This document shows, one piece after another, positions 27,794-40,675 of a DNA stretch of 64,000 bases. Under the pieces are notes generated by a model that searched no databases, was not told where the DNA came from, and saw only the letters and a list, made by a program, of their open reading frames with translations. Numbering within the stretch: the stretch's first letter is position 1; the number at the start of each line of letters is the position of its first letter. The stretch comes from Dehalococcoidia bacterium UBA1162. GTDB taxonomy: Bacteria > Chloroflexota > Dehalococcoidia > GIF9 > UBA5629. The DNA lies in NCBI GenBank assembly GCA_002311135.1, contig DBZK01000020.1, positions 121,708 to 185,707 of the forward strand, in the 5' to 3' direction. Made by a program: the position numbers and the translations under genes.

Positions 27794-28687
27794 TTATTTT
27801 AGAGGCAGATCGATCTTATATTTCTTCAGCGTTTGCTCGATGACGGCCCTTGTCTTCTCGTCCGGCACGACCAGCGGGAGGCGCGGCTTGCCCACATTGA
27901 AACCCAGATAATTAAGTGCGTATTTTATGGGCATAGGGCTGCCAATCATAAACATAGTATTGACAAGCGGTATGAAGTGGCGGTGCATGGCCGCCGACTC
28001 TTCTATGCGTCCCGCAAAGAAATCATCCATCATCTTCTTATACTGCTTGCCTACCAAGTGCGTAATCACGCCAATCACGCCGTAGCCGCCCAGTCCAAGG
28101 ATGGGGAAGGTATCAGCATCGTTTCCGCTGTAAACCATGAAGCTTTTATCCACACCCTCTATGATGCGAGCTATCTGCGCCAGATCTGCACTGGCTTCCT
28201 TGACCCCGACAATATTATCGATCTTACTGAGCTTTATGGCCGTATCGGCCGAGAGGTTGGTTATGGTGCGCGAGGGCACGTTGTAAATTATGCAGGGCAG
28301 CTTCGTAGACCTGGCGATGGCCTTGAAGTGCTCGTAAAGTCCTTCCTGGTTGGGTTTATTATAGTAGGGGACGGTCAGCAGGCAGCCGTCCACACCTGTC
28401 TTCTCCGCTTCTTTTGTCAGCTCTATGCTCTCGCCGGTATTGTAATTGCCGGTGCCGGCGATGATTGTCGCCTTGCTGCTGACCGCGGATTTAATCTCGG
28501 CAAAAAGGCGCAACTTCTCGGCGGTGGTCAGTGTGGGGCTTTCGCCGGTTGTGCCCGATACCACCAGGCCATCGCTGCCCGAGGCTAACAGTGCTTTGGC
28601 CAGCCTCCTGGCCTGAGCATAATCGACCTTTCCCTTGGCATCGAAGGGAGTGACCATAGCTGTAAGTAAACGTCCGAATTTCTTCAT
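27794..28687 (-). CDS. dapA: 4-hydroxy-tetrahydrodipicolinate synthase
   Basis: AMVTPF...GLVVSGTTGESPTLT is typical of DapA. 297 aa. Confidence 0.9.
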   Translation of the reverse strand: MKKFGRLLTAMVTPFDAKGKVDYAQARRLAKALLASGSDGLVVSGTTGESPTLTTAEKLRLFAEIKSAVSSKATIIAGTGNYNTGESIELTKEAEKTGVDGCLLTVPYYNKPNQEGLYEHFKAIARSTKLPCIIYNVPSRTITNLSADTAIKLSKIDNIVGVKEASADLAQIARIIEGVDKSFMVYSGNDADTFPILGLGGYGVIGVITHLVGKQYKKMMDDFFAGRIEESAAMHRHFIPLVNTMFMIGSPMPIKYALNYLGFNVGKPRLPLVVPDEKTRAVIEQTLKKYKIDLPLK

Positions 28688-28702
28688 CTCGTCCTCCTCA
28701 AG

Positions 28703-29743
28703 CTATTTAACGGACTGCTTGACCCAGTCGCGCTTGACGGCTTCCTCGGCTATCTGAACTGCGTTCAGTGCAGCCCCTTTGCGGATATTGTCAGAGACCA
28801 CCCACATTACCAGGCCGTTCAAATAAGAAGCATCCGACCGTACTCTGCCCACATATACCTCATCGGTGCCGGCCGCCAGCCAGGGCTGTGGATACAGGCT
28901 GACGTTGGGATCATCCAGTACCTTAACGCCCGGCGCCTTGCTCAAAATACCGCGTGCCTCTTCCGGCGACATATATTCATTAAATTCGATCTGAACTGCC
29001 TCACTGTGGCTGATAAAAACGGGCACGCGCACGCAGGTGGCCGATATAGCCAGGTTCTCGGCGTGCATGATCTTGCGCGTCTCCTCAACCATCTTCCATT
29101 CTTCTTTTGTATATCCATTTTCCAGGAAGACGTCTATCTCGGGCAGCAGGTTGAAGGCTATCTGATGTGAATATACGTGCGGGACGACGTTGCCCCCATC
29201 CAGCACAACCTTGGACTGTTTGGTGAGCTCTTCCACCGCTGCTATACCAGTGCCAGATACAGACTGGTAGGTTGCTACAGTCACACGCTTGATTGGATTG
29301 ACCTTATGCAAGGGGTAAAGCGCCACCACCATCTGTATGGTGGAGCAGTTAGGATTGGCGATGATGCCTTTATGTTTCTTAATATCCTCCACATTGACCT
29401 CGGGCACAACCAGGGGTACCCGTGGGTCCATACGCCAGGCCGCGCTGTTATCTATGACCAGAGCGCCCGCCTTGGCTGCAACCGGGGCGAAATGCTTGCT
29501 TATCTCGGCGCCAGCCGAGAATAGGGCGATATCAACGTTATCAAATGAGTCGTTGGCAGTCTCTTTGACCACCTTCTCCTGGTGGCCCACGAATACCTTT
29601 CTTCCGGCCGACCTGTCGGAAGCAAATAACTGGATTGACGCCGTCGGGAAATTCCTCTGCAGGAGCACCTTGATAAACTCCTGGCCGACCATCCCGGTAG
29701 CGCCTACAATTGCCACGTGATAACCGTTATTGGCATTGTTCAT
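28703..29743 (-). CDS. asd: aspartate-semialdehyde dehydrogenase
   Basis: VAIVGATGMVGQ, NPNCSTIQ active-site Cys. 346 aa. Confidence 0.9.
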   Translation of the reverse strand: MNNANNGYHVAIVGATGMVGQEFIKVLLQRNFPTASIQLFASDRSAGRKVFVGHQEKVVKETANDSFDNVDIALFSAGAEISKHFAPVAAKAGALVIDNSAAWRMDPRVPLVVPEVNVEDIKKHKGIIANPNCSTIQMVVALYPLHKVNPIKRVTVATYQSVSGTGIAAVEELTKQSKVVLDGGNVVPHVYSHQIAFNLLPEIDVFLENGYTKEEWKMVEETRKIMHAENLAISATCVRVPVFISHSEAVQIEFNEYMSPEEARGILSKAPGVKVLDDPNVSLYPQPWLAAGTDEVYVGRVRSDASYLNGLVMWVVSDNIRKGAALNAVQIAEEAVKRDWVKQSVK

Positions 29744-29746
29744 GTA

Positions 29747-30559
29747 TCAGTCTCCCAAATTTAGAAGTGTGTCCAATCCAACAACCAGGCCGTGACGTTT
29801 GACGACCTCTTTTACAGCAAGAATCACGCCCGGCATAAAGCTTTCCCTGCTTACGGTATCGTGCCTGATGCTCAATGTCTGGCCCAGAGCGCCGAATATA
29901 ACTTCTTGGCTGGCCACCAAGCCGGGTAACCTTACGCTGTGGATGGCAATGCCCTCCACCTGTCCGCCGCGGGTACCCGTCAAAGTCTCCTTCTCCGTTG
30001 CCGGAAAGATAAAGGGTTTGCCTCGGGCCTCCAGCATTCCCCTGGCCGTCGCCAGGGCAGTGCCCGACGGGGCATCCATTTTTTTGTCATGATGCAACTC
30101 AATGATTTCCACATTATCAAGATATTTAGCGGCGATATTAGCCAGGTGCATTAAAATGACGGCACCGATGGCAAAATTGGCGGCTACGACTGCGCCTCTA
30201 TTGTATTTAAGGGCAACTTTATCGATCTCAGCCAGGTCTACATCGGTCAGGCCAGTGGTGCCGATAACCAGGTTGGCGCCGTTCTTCAGGGCCAGCATGG
30301 CCGAACTCATAGCCGCGCCGGGAACGGTAAAATCTACCACCACGTCCGGGTGGTACATCTCTATCAGGGTGGTGAGGCTGTTGTGCAGCGGGATTTTTTT
30401 TGCCTGCCCGGGCACCCGTATATAGTCGCCATCCGCCTTGATGTCGGAGGCGCCTACTAGCTGAAGGCCGGGGTCCGCTACTACGGCGCTTACCACCTGC
30501 TGACCCATCCTGCCTAAAGCTCCGTTGACTACGACCTTGATATGAGACATGTTTAACAA
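29747..30559 (-). CDS. dapB: 4-hydroxy-tetrahydrodipicolinate reductase
   Basis: IKVVVNGALGRMGQ N-terminus. 266-270 aa depending on start. Confidence 0.9.
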   Translation of the reverse strand: MLNMSHIKVVVNGALGRMGQQVVSAVVADPGLQLVGASDIKADGDYIRVPGQAKKIPLHNSLTTLIEMYHPDVVVDFTVPGAAMSSAMLALKNGANLVIGTTGLTDVDLAEIDKVALKYNRGAVVAANFAIGAVILMHLANIAAKYLDNVEIIELHHDKKMDAPSGTALATARGMLEARGKPFIFPATEKETLTGTRGGQVEGIAIHSVRLPGLVASQEVIFGALGQTLSIRHDTVSRESFMPGVILAVKEVVKRHGLVVGLDTLLNLGD

Positions 30560-30596
30560 CCTTGCCGGGTTATATCCGGACCGTCCACCGCTTCAA

Positions 30597-32810
30597 TTAA
30601 GGTTTGTCCGGGTGCCGCCTCGGTTCGTCCCTGTGTTCTCTGGAAGGCATACCGCCCCTTGAGGGTGGGTAGTGCCTGGGGGGCATGTGTGGCCTTTCTG
30701 CAGGCGTCGGCGCTTCGCCAGTGCCCTTCTGATCGTTGAAAACCGCTTTGCGCGACAGATTAATGCGCCCGAGACGGTCTATTTCCGTGACCTTGACCAT
30801 GATCTCGTCGCCTATTTTTACTACGTCTTCCACCTTGGCAACATGATGGTCCGCTAGCTCGCTGATATGAACCAGGCCCTCTTTACCAGGAAGCACTTCT
30901 ACGAATGCGCCGAAGTTCTGGATTCTGGTTACCTTGCCGGTGTAAATGGTGCCGACTTCGACATCCTGGGTAAGGCCTTCAACCCTACGGATGGCGGCCT
31001 GTGCGCCTTCCTCGCTTGGCGACCCGATGACCACTGTGCCGTCGTTCGAGACCTCGATGGTGGTCTTGGTCTCCTCAATAATGGCCTTGATATTCTTCCC
31101 GCCGGGCCCGATCAGGGCGCCGATCTTGGAAGGATCGATGGTTATCTTGTACATCCTTGGCGCATATTTGCTCAGGTTAGGCCGGACTTCCACTATGGCG
31201 CCCTTCAAAACATCCAGTATTGTCCAGTGAGCATCCCTGGCCTGCATGGTAGCTTTGGCCAATATCTCCTGGCTGACGCCCTTAAGTTTAATATCAAGTT
31301 GAATGGCGGTTATACCGTTGACCGTCCCCGCCACCTTGTAGTCCATATCGCCGTAGAAATCTTCCAGGCCTTCTATATCGGTCAATATTACATATTTGGA
31401 AGGGTCGTCCTTATCGGTTACCAGCCCCATGGCAATGCCGGCCACCGGGGCTTTGATAGGCACTCCGGCGTCCATCAACGCCAGCGTTGAAGCGCAGACG
31501 CTTCCCATGGATGTGCTGCCGTTGGAGCTTAGCACCTCGGATACCAACCGGATAGCGTAGGCAAAATCCTGTTCGCTGGGAATAACCGGCACCAGCGCTT
31601 TATGCGCCAGGGCGCCGTGTCCTATCTCTCTCCTGCCTGGGGAGCCCATCCTCTTGACCTCGCCGTTGGAGAAGGGCGGGAAGTTGTAATGGTGCATGAA
31701 GCGCTTGGTATTTTCCAGTCCCAGGTCATCCACGGTCTGGCCCTGTCCCAGTGAGCCCAGTGTGGCGATGGTGAGAACCTGCGTCTGGCCGCGGGAGAAA
31801 AGCCCCGAGCCGTGCGTGCGCGGCAGCAGGCCCACCTCGGCGCTTAAAGGCCGAATCTGGGTGAGCTCGCGGCTGTCGGCGTGCTTCTGCGTGCGCAGAA
31901 TCTTGCTGCGGCAGGTCTTCTTGGCAATCTCCTCAATGACATTGCCTATCTCAAATTCCGGATAAGTTTCCTTGTATTTTTCCTTGGCTGCGGCCTTCAC
32001 CTCGTCCATAATGGCCTGGCGCGCTGGCCGCCTGACCTGGTCCAGCGCTTCGGTTATCTTCTGGCCGAAGTCGGTGTTAATGGCGGCGAGCAGCTCGGCA
32101 TTTATCTCGAATCCCGGGATTTCCCTCTTGGGCTTGCCGATGGCACTCCTGAGATCGTCCTGGAGCTTGATGATCTTCTGGTTTTCCTCATGGGCCAGCT
32201 TGACCGCTTCGAGGTAAATTTCCGGCGCTATCTCTTTGCAGCCCGCTTCCACCATAACGATGTTATCGCGGCTGCTGGCCACCACCAGGTCAAGCAGGCT
32301 GTCGTTCATCTGCGGCAGCAGCGGGTTTAAGACCAGCTTGCCGTCGATGTAGCCCACGCGGGTGGCACCGATGGGGCCGAAGAACGGGATGGATGACGTG
32401 GTCAGGGCTGCCGAAGCGCCGATGACGCCCAGCACGTCCGGGTCGTTCTCCTGGTCGCTGGAAAGGACGGTGATGACCACCTGTATATCATTGGGCAAGC
32501 TCTTGAGAAAGAGCGGCCGTATGGAGCGGTCGCACAGGCGAGCGGCCAGGGTGGCCTGTTCGCCGGGGCGGCTCTCGCGCCGCATAAAGCTGCCGGGTAT
32601 TTTCCCGACGGCATAATGGCGCTCTTCGTAATCGACTGTGAGGCGGACGAAGTCGCTGTTTTCCCTAGCTTCGTCGCTGATGCATGCGGTGACAAGAACA
32701 ACCGTATCACCGTAACGTACTGTTACTGAACTGTCAGCCTGCTGGGCAAGCTTGCCGGTTGCGATGATAAGATCTCTGTCCCCAATATGACACTTAAATT
32801 CTTGGGGCAT
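30597..32810 (-). CDS. pnp: polyribonucleotide nucleotidyltransferase (PNPase)
   Basis: Two RNase PH domains, KH and S1. 737 aa with an Arg/Pro-rich C-terminal tail. Confidence 0.95.
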   Translation of the reverse strand: MPQEFKCHIGDRDLIIATGKLAQQADSSVTVRYGDTVVLVTACISDEARENSDFVRLTVDYEERHYAVGKIPGSFMRRESRPGEQATLAARLCDRSIRPLFLKSLPNDIQVVITVLSSDQENDPDVLGVIGASAALTTSSIPFFGPIGATRVGYIDGKLVLNPLLPQMNDSLLDLVVASSRDNIVMVEAGCKEIAPEIYLEAVKLAHEENQKIIKLQDDLRSAIGKPKREIPGFEINAELLAAINTDFGQKITEALDQVRRPARQAIMDEVKAAAKEKYKETYPEFEIGNVIEEIAKKTCRSKILRTQKHADSRELTQIRPLSAEVGLLPRTHGSGLFSRGQTQVLTIATLGSLGQGQTVDDLGLENTKRFMHHYNFPPFSNGEVKRMGSPGRREIGHGALAHKALVPVIPSEQDFAYAIRLVSEVLSSNGSTSMGSVCASTLALMDAGVPIKAPVAGIAMGLVTDKDDPSKYVILTDIEGLEDFYGDMDYKVAGTVNGITAIQLDIKLKGVSQEILAKATMQARDAHWTILDVLKGAIVEVRPNLSKYAPRMYKITIDPSKIGALIGPGGKNIKAIIEETKTTIEVSNDGTVVIGSPSEEGAQAAIRRVEGLTQDVEVGTIYTGKVTRIQNFGAFVEVLPGKEGLVHISELADHHVAKVEDVVKIGDEIMVKVTEIDRLGRINLSRKAVFNDQKGTGEAPTPAERPHMPPRHYPPSRGGMPSREHRDEPRRHPDKP

Positions 32811-32829
32811 TATTCAACCTTCTATTAAT

Positions 32830-33093
32830 TTATTTGCGTAGTCCAAGCTTGCCGATGAGGGTGCGGTAGCGGTTGATATCTTCTCTGCTCAAGTAAGCCA
32901 ACAGCCGCCTGCGCCTCCCGATAAGCTTGAGAAGAGACCGACGTGTATGCTGATCTTGGGCATGAGCCTTGAGATGAGTGGAAAGCTGGATTACCCTTTC
33001 GGTAAGCACGGCTATCTGAACATCGGCAGAGCCCGTATCTTTCTCATTGATAGCATAGGTTTTCATTATGGACTGCTTCTTTTCCTTATCCAA
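32830..33093 (-). CDS. rpsO: 30S ribosomal protein S15
   Basis: 87 aa. GSADVQIAVLTERV...LKAHAQDQHTRR. Confidence 0.95.
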   Translation of the reverse strand: MDKEKKQSIMKTYAINEKDTGSADVQIAVLTERVIQLSTHLKAHAQDQHTRRSLLKLIGRRRRLLAYLSREDINRYRTLIGKLGLRK

Positions 33094-33219
33094 TGCCTGA
33101 CTCCTGAATAAACTCTAACGCAAGATTATAGCATAGCGAGACAATCATTGCATGCTAATCCTGTACCCTGCCCGAATTCGGTTTTGCCGCCCGCGGGGTT
33201 GGGGTATAATTAGTGCACC

Positions 33220-34881
33220 ATGACCTCACAAGTCTTCTATCGTAAATGGCGTCCACAAACATTCAGCGAAGTAGCCGGCCAGGAACATGTAATACAGACC
33301 CTCCTCAATGCCATTAAAAGCGGCAGGATCGCGCATGCCTACCTGTTCTGCGGCCCGCGCGGTAGCGGCAAGACCAGCACAGCCCGTATCCTGGCCAAGG
33401 CGGTCAACTGCCAGAGCCCGGTCGGCGGCGAGCCCTGCAATAAATGCGACTCCTGCCTCTCTGTCAATAAGGGCAACGCCCTCGATATCATAGAGATCGA
33501 CGAGGCTAGCAACCGCGGCATCGACGATATGAACGACCTCAAGGAGCGGGTCAACTACTCCCCCAACATTTTGCGCTATAAGGTCTACATAATCGACGAG
33601 GTGCACATGATCACCAGGGAGGGCGCCAACGCCTTCCTGAAAACCCTCGAAGAGCCTCCCCCACATGTTATCTTCATCCTGGCTACCACCGACCCTCATA
33701 AGATCATTTCGACCATCACCTCACGCTGCCAGCGCTTCGATTTTCACCGCCTGTCCAGCAGTGCCGTCATCTCCCGCCTGACGCATATCTGCGGCAAGGA
33801 AGGCATCAGCCTCGACCCCGAGTCTTTCAAGCTGATCGCCAGGGCCACCACCGGCAGCCTGCGGGACGCTACCAACCTGCTGGAGCAGCTCATCACCCAG
33901 TACGGGACCAATATCGAGTTGGCCCAGGCACAGGCCATGCTGGGCATCAGCGGTGACTCGCGCATCGGTGAGCTGGCCAGATATATAATCGCCAAAGACG
34001 TGTCATCCGGACTCAAGGTCATCAACGCCGTTGCAGCGGATGGGCTGGACCTGAGGCAATTCAACCGCGAGCTGGTGGACTACCTGCGCCAGTTGCTGCT
34101 GGCCAAATCGGGCTCCGCCGAGATGATCGATGCTACCGTGGACGACCTTGCCGAGATACAAAAACTGGCTGGTAGTGCCAGCCTGGACTATTTATTGAAT
34201 ACCGTCAAACTGTTCAGCAGTATAGACCTGCGCCTTGACAGCTATTCTCCCCTGCCTTTAGAGCTAGCCCTGGTTGAGAGCGTGCTCTCGCAGCATAATA
34301 AGGAGAAAGCCGCCGAACCTCAGGGTAACAGGGAGTGGCAATACCAGCGGCCCACCCCTCCACCCTCCAAGACAGTCAAGCCCATCGAGCAGGCCCGGCC
34401 GTCCAGCCTGGTCAATAAGCCATCCAAAGTTGCCGAGTCCACGACGCCTGACTATGCATCCGACCCGGCCGAGCAGCCCGCGCTCTCGGAGCCGCTCAAG
34501 ATGGAAGATCCCAGCGACCTCGAATACCTGCGCACCCACTGGAAAGACTTCATCAACTCGATGCGGGGCGAAGGGTCGCAGGGCAATCTCGATGCTCGGC
34601 TACGCCATGCCTGCGAGCCGGTTGAGATCGACGGCCAGGTGCTCAAGCTGGGATTCTATCATGAGTTCCACAAAAACTATATAGATAACCGCAAATACCT
34701 CCATCTGATCGAAAAAAAGCTCAAGGAAGTATTCGGCCATACTTATACTATTGCGTGCACCATGATGCCCCAGGGCCAAAAGTCCGAACTTAAACCTGCC
34801 AGCAGCAACCACCTTGTGGAAGTCGCCTTGAGCATGGGCGCCAGGATCGTCGAAGAAAACGCCGAAACGGAGGAAAAATGA
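33220..34881 (+). CDS. dnaX: DNA polymerase III subunit gamma/tau
   Basis: YRKWRPQTFSEVAGQEH, GPRGSGKTS, Zn-module CxxC...C. 553 aa. Confidence 0.9.
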   Translation: MTSQVFYRKWRPQTFSEVAGQEHVIQTLLNAIKSGRIAHAYLFCGPRGSGKTSTARILAKAVNCQSPVGGEPCNKCDSCLSVNKGNALDIIEIDEASNRGIDDMNDLKERVNYSPNILRYKVYIIDEVHMITREGANAFLKTLEEPPPHVIFILATTDPHKIISTITSRCQRFDFHRLSSSAVISRLTHICGKEGISLDPESFKLIARATTGSLRDATNLLEQLITQYGTNIELAQAQAMLGISGDSRIGELARYIIAKDVSSGLKVINAVAADGLDLRQFNRELVDYLRQLLLAKSGSAEMIDATVDDLAEIQKLAGSASLDYLLNTVKLFSSIDLRLDSYSPLPLELALVESVLSQHNKEKAAEPQGNREWQYQRPTPPPSKTVKPIEQARPSSLVNKPSKVAESTTPDYASDPAEQPALSEPLKMEDPSDLEYLRTHWKDFINSMRGEGSQGNLDARLRHACEPVEIDGQVLKLGFYHEFHKNYIDNRKYLHLIEKKLKEVFGHTYTIACTMMPQGQKSELKPASSNHLVEVALSMGARIVEENAETEEK

Positions 34882-35183
34882 GCCAGTTTAATCTACGCCA
34901 GATCCAGGAGCTTCAAGCCAAGCTTGCCAAAGCCCAGGAAGAGCTGAACCAGACCAATATCGAGGTCACTGCGGGCGGGGGCGCCATCAAAATTGTCATC
35001 AATGGACATCAGCAGTTCCAGTCCATCACCATCTCACCCGAGGTCGTCAACCACGAGGAAGTGGATTTCCTGCAGGACCTCATCCTGGCGGCCTGCAACG
35101 AGGCCATCCTGAAATCACAGGAGATGGCGGCCCAGAGCATGAGCAAGCTAACGGGCGGACTTAAGATACCGGGACTATTTTAG
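34878..35183 (+). CDS. ybaB: nucleoid-associated protein YbaB/EbfC
   Basis: 101 aa in the canonical dnaX-ybaB-recR context. Confidence 0.9.
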   Translation: MSQFNLRQIQELQAKLAKAQEELNQTNIEVTAGGGAIKIVINGHQQFQSITISPEVVNHEEVDFLQDLILAACNEAILKSQEMAAQSMSKLTGGLKIPGLF

Positions 35184-35192
35184 GAGGCATTC

Positions 35193-35804
35193 TTGAACTC
35201 CTACTTCCTGCCTGCCGCCAAACCCATCTCAAGGCTCATCGAGGAGCTCCACAAACTGCCCGGCATCGGGCCCAAGACTGCCCAGCGCCTGGCCTATCAC
35301 CTTTTACAGGCGCCACCCGAGAAATCACGCGACCTGGCCGACGCCATACTGGGCATCAAGGAAAACCTCAGGCTGTGCTCAGTCTGCCTCAATATAACCG
35401 ACTCCGACCCCTGCGGCATCTGCTCGGATGAGACACGGGACGGTATGAAAATTTGCGTCGTGGAGGAACCGATCGATATCATGCCGCTGGAGCGCACACG
35501 TAAATTCCGCGGCCTCTACCACGTGCTGCACGGCGTAATATCACCCAGCGACGGCATTAAGCCGGAAGACCTGCGTATTAAAGAATTGCTGGACCGGTTG
35601 GGCAGCAACAGCGTGACTGAGGTCATACTGGCCACCAATCCCAACGTGGAAGGCGAGGCCACCTCCATGTACATCCAGCGCCTGATCACTCCACTCGGCA
35701 TTCGGGTCACACGTCTGGCGCGCGGCCTTCCTTTCGGCGGGGACCTGGAATACGCCGATGATGTAACGCTCAGCCGTGCCCTCGAGGGCCGGCAGGAGAT
35801 GTAG
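35193..35804 (+). CDS. recR: recombination protein RecR
   Basis: HhH motif (LPGIGPKTAQRLA), C4 zinc finger, Toprim. TTG start 5 nt after AGGAGG. Confidence 0.9.
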   Translation: MNSYFLPAAKPISRLIEELHKLPGIGPKTAQRLAYHLLQAPPEKSRDLADAILGIKENLRLCSVCLNITDSDPCGICSDETRDGMKICVVEEPIDIMPLERTRKFRGLYHVLHGVISPSDGIKPEDLRIKELLDRLGSNSVTEVILATNPNVEGEATSMYIQRLITPLGIRVTRLARGLPFGGDLEYADDVTLSRALEGRQEM

Positions 35805-35814
35805 CAATCCAAAG

Positions 35815-36585
35815 ATGACCTCACGGGTCTATCAGACTGAAGCCATCATCATCAAGAGGCATAAGTTTGGCGAGGCGGACCGCCTGATCACCCTTTTCAC
35901 CTCCGACTTCGGCAAAGTAAGGGCCATCGCCAAAGGGGCCATGCGGCCCAAAAGCAAGTTGGGCGGCAATGTCGAGCTTCTCAGTTACAGCCAGTTAATG
36001 CTGGCCCGCGGCCGCAACCTGGATATCATAACTCAAGCGCAGGCCATCGATAACTTCCTGCCCATCAGAGATAGCCTTGAGCTGATGTCAGCGGGCTTCT
36101 ACCTGACGGAACTGGTGGACGCCTTTACTGAGGAGAACGTCGAGGACCGTGAGCTGTTCAGCCTCTTCCTCAATACCCTGAAGGAGATGGCCGGGTCCAG
36201 CGACATGGAACGTGCTCTGCGCTACTTCGAGTTGCGCCTGCTAAGCCACATGGGTTACCGTCCGCAGCTTCAGAAGTGCGCCAACTGCAGCCGGCAGCTC
36301 GAGCCCGAAGCCAACTATTACAGCCCGCATCAGGGTGGTGCGCTGTGCCGTGAATGCGGCTACCCGGACATGAGCGCCAGGACCATCTCGGTAAACGCAC
36401 TCAAGGTACTGAGGCTCTGGCTCAAATGCGACTACGCCACCGCCTGCCGGGTGAAGCTTACCGCCGATCTGAGCCGTGAAATCAAGAACCTGATGCGTGA
36501 AAACATAAGGTATTTGCTGGAAAAACAACTTAAATCGATCGAGTGGATGGACCGGCTCAATTCCGAGCAGAAAAACCACGCGTAG
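35815..36585 (+). CDS. recO: DNA repair protein RecO
   Basis: EAIIIKRHKFGEADRLITLFT N-terminal OB fold. C-terminal CxxC...CxxC zinc motif. The ATG at 35815 is preferred over the longer ORF that overlaps recR. Confidence 0.75.
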   Translation: MTSRVYQTEAIIIKRHKFGEADRLITLFTSDFGKVRAIAKGAMRPKSKLGGNVELLSYSQLMLARGRNLDIITQAQAIDNFLPIRDSLELMSAGFYLTELVDAFTEENVEDRELFSLFLNTLKEMAGSSDMERALRYFELRLLSHMGYRPQLQKCANCSRQLEPEANYYSPHQGGALCRECGYPDMSARTISVNALKVLRLWLKCDYATACRVKLTADLSREIKNLMRENIRYLLEKQLKSIEWMDRLNSEQKNHA

Positions 36586-36592
36586 CAATTTT

Positions 36593-36621
36593 CTGACATA
36601 AGGTACTAAAACTGCTACAAT
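36593..36621 (+). promoter_or_regulatory. putative promoter cTGACA-17-TACAAT, 8 nt upstream of ATG (leaderless-like)
   Basis: -35 at 36593-36598, -10 at 36616-36621, ATG at 36630. No SD. Confidence 0.35.
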
Positions 36622-36629
36622 AACCCATC

Positions 36630-39436
<2,807 letters not shown>

Positions 39437-39453
39437 TTTAATAAGGAGCTTCG

Positions 39454-40665
39454 ATGAAAAATACCTTCATGAGTTTACCCAAATATTTCTTCACTTCCGA
39501 ATCGGTTACGGAAGGCCACCCCGATAAGCTGTGCGACCAGGTCGCCGACGGCATACTCGACGCCATGATCAAGGGCGACCCCAAGTCAAGGGTTGCCTGC
39601 GAGGTTGCGGTTACCATCGGGTTGGTGATCGTGTTGGGTGAAATTACCACCAAGACGTATGTAGAGATACCGGACGTGGTGCGCAATATAGTCAAGGAGA
39701 TCGGCTATACTAAGCCCGATTATCAGTTTGATTACCAGAGCCTGGCCTGCATAGTCTCCATCAAGAAACAGTCGCCCGATATCAACGCCGGCGTCAGCAA
39801 GGCGCTGGAAGTAAGGGCCAGGGGCAAGAAGGTGGACGAACTGGACCTGACGGGCGCCGGCGACCAGGGCATGATGTTCGGTTTCGCCTGTAATGAGACC
39901 GAGGAGCTGATGCCGTTGCCCATCGCGCTTGCGCACAAATTGACGCAGAAGCTGGCTGAGACCCGCAAGAAGAATGTGATACCCTGGCTCAGACCGGACG
40001 GTAAATCGCAGGTCACGGTGGAATACAGCTACGGTAAACCCAAGAGGATCGAGGCCATCGTTATCGGTGCCCATCATGACCCGGAGCCCGATAACGATAC
40101 CATACGGCATACTATAATTCAGAAGGTCATCAAACCGGTCATACCGGCTTCGCTGATGGATAAGAACACCAAAATATACGTCAACAGCGCTGGTCGCTTC
40201 GTAGTGGGCGGGCCGGTATCCGATACCGGGTTCACCGGCCGCAAGCTGCTGGTGGATACCTACGGCGGCTATGCCCGACACGGCGGCGGGGCATTCTCGG
40301 GCAAGGACCCGACCAAGGTCGACCGCTCGGCCACATACATGGCACGCTATATAGCTAAGAACTGCGTGGCGGCCGGGCTGGCCGAGAGGCTGGAGTTGCA
40401 GGTGGCCTATTCCATCGGTGTGGCGCACCCTCTCTCCGTTTCCATCGAAACTTTCGGCACGAGTAAAATCTCCGATGCCAATATACTTAAATTAATCCAC
40501 AAGCACTTCGATATGCGGCCCGAAGCCATCATCAGGTATTTCGACCTGCGAAGGCCGATCTACCGTGCCACCGCCTCATACGGCCATTTTGGCCGCACCG
40601 ACATCAAATTCCCGTGGGAGAAAACGGACAAAGCGAGGATCTTAAAGGCTGAAGCCGGGATATAG
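39454..40665 (+). CDS. metK: S-adenosylmethionine synthetase
   Basis: [32 protein letters not shown]. 403 aa. Confidence 0.95.
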   Translation: MKNTFMSLPKYFFTSESVTEGHPDKLCDQVADGILDAMIKGDPKSRVACEVAVTIGLVIVLGEITTKTYVEIPDVVRNIVKEIGYTKPDYQFDYQSLACIVSIKKQSPDINAGVSKALEVRARGKKVDELDLTGAGDQGMMFGFACNETEELMPLPIALAHKLTQKLAETRKKNVIPWLRPDGKSQVTVEYSYGKPKRIEAIVIGAHHDPEPDNDTIRHTIIQKVIKPVIPASLMDKNTKIYVNSAGRFVVGGPVSDTGFTGRKLLVDTYGGYARHGGGAFSGKDPTKVDRSATYMARYIAKNCVAAGLAERLELQVAYSIGVAHPLSVSIETFGTSKISDANILKLIHKHFDMRPEAIIRYFDLRRPIYRATASYGHFGRTDIKFPWEKTDKARILKAEAGI

Positions 40666-40675
40666 GGGGTGATGT

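Noticed and set aside
30867-31490. 207-aa plus-strand ORF antisense to pnp (also 31881-32330)
   Set aside because: Shadow ORFs inside PNPase. No signals.
39586-40428. 280-aa minus-strand ORF antisense to metK
   Set aside because: Shadow ORF opposite a near-identical MetK. No family resemblance.
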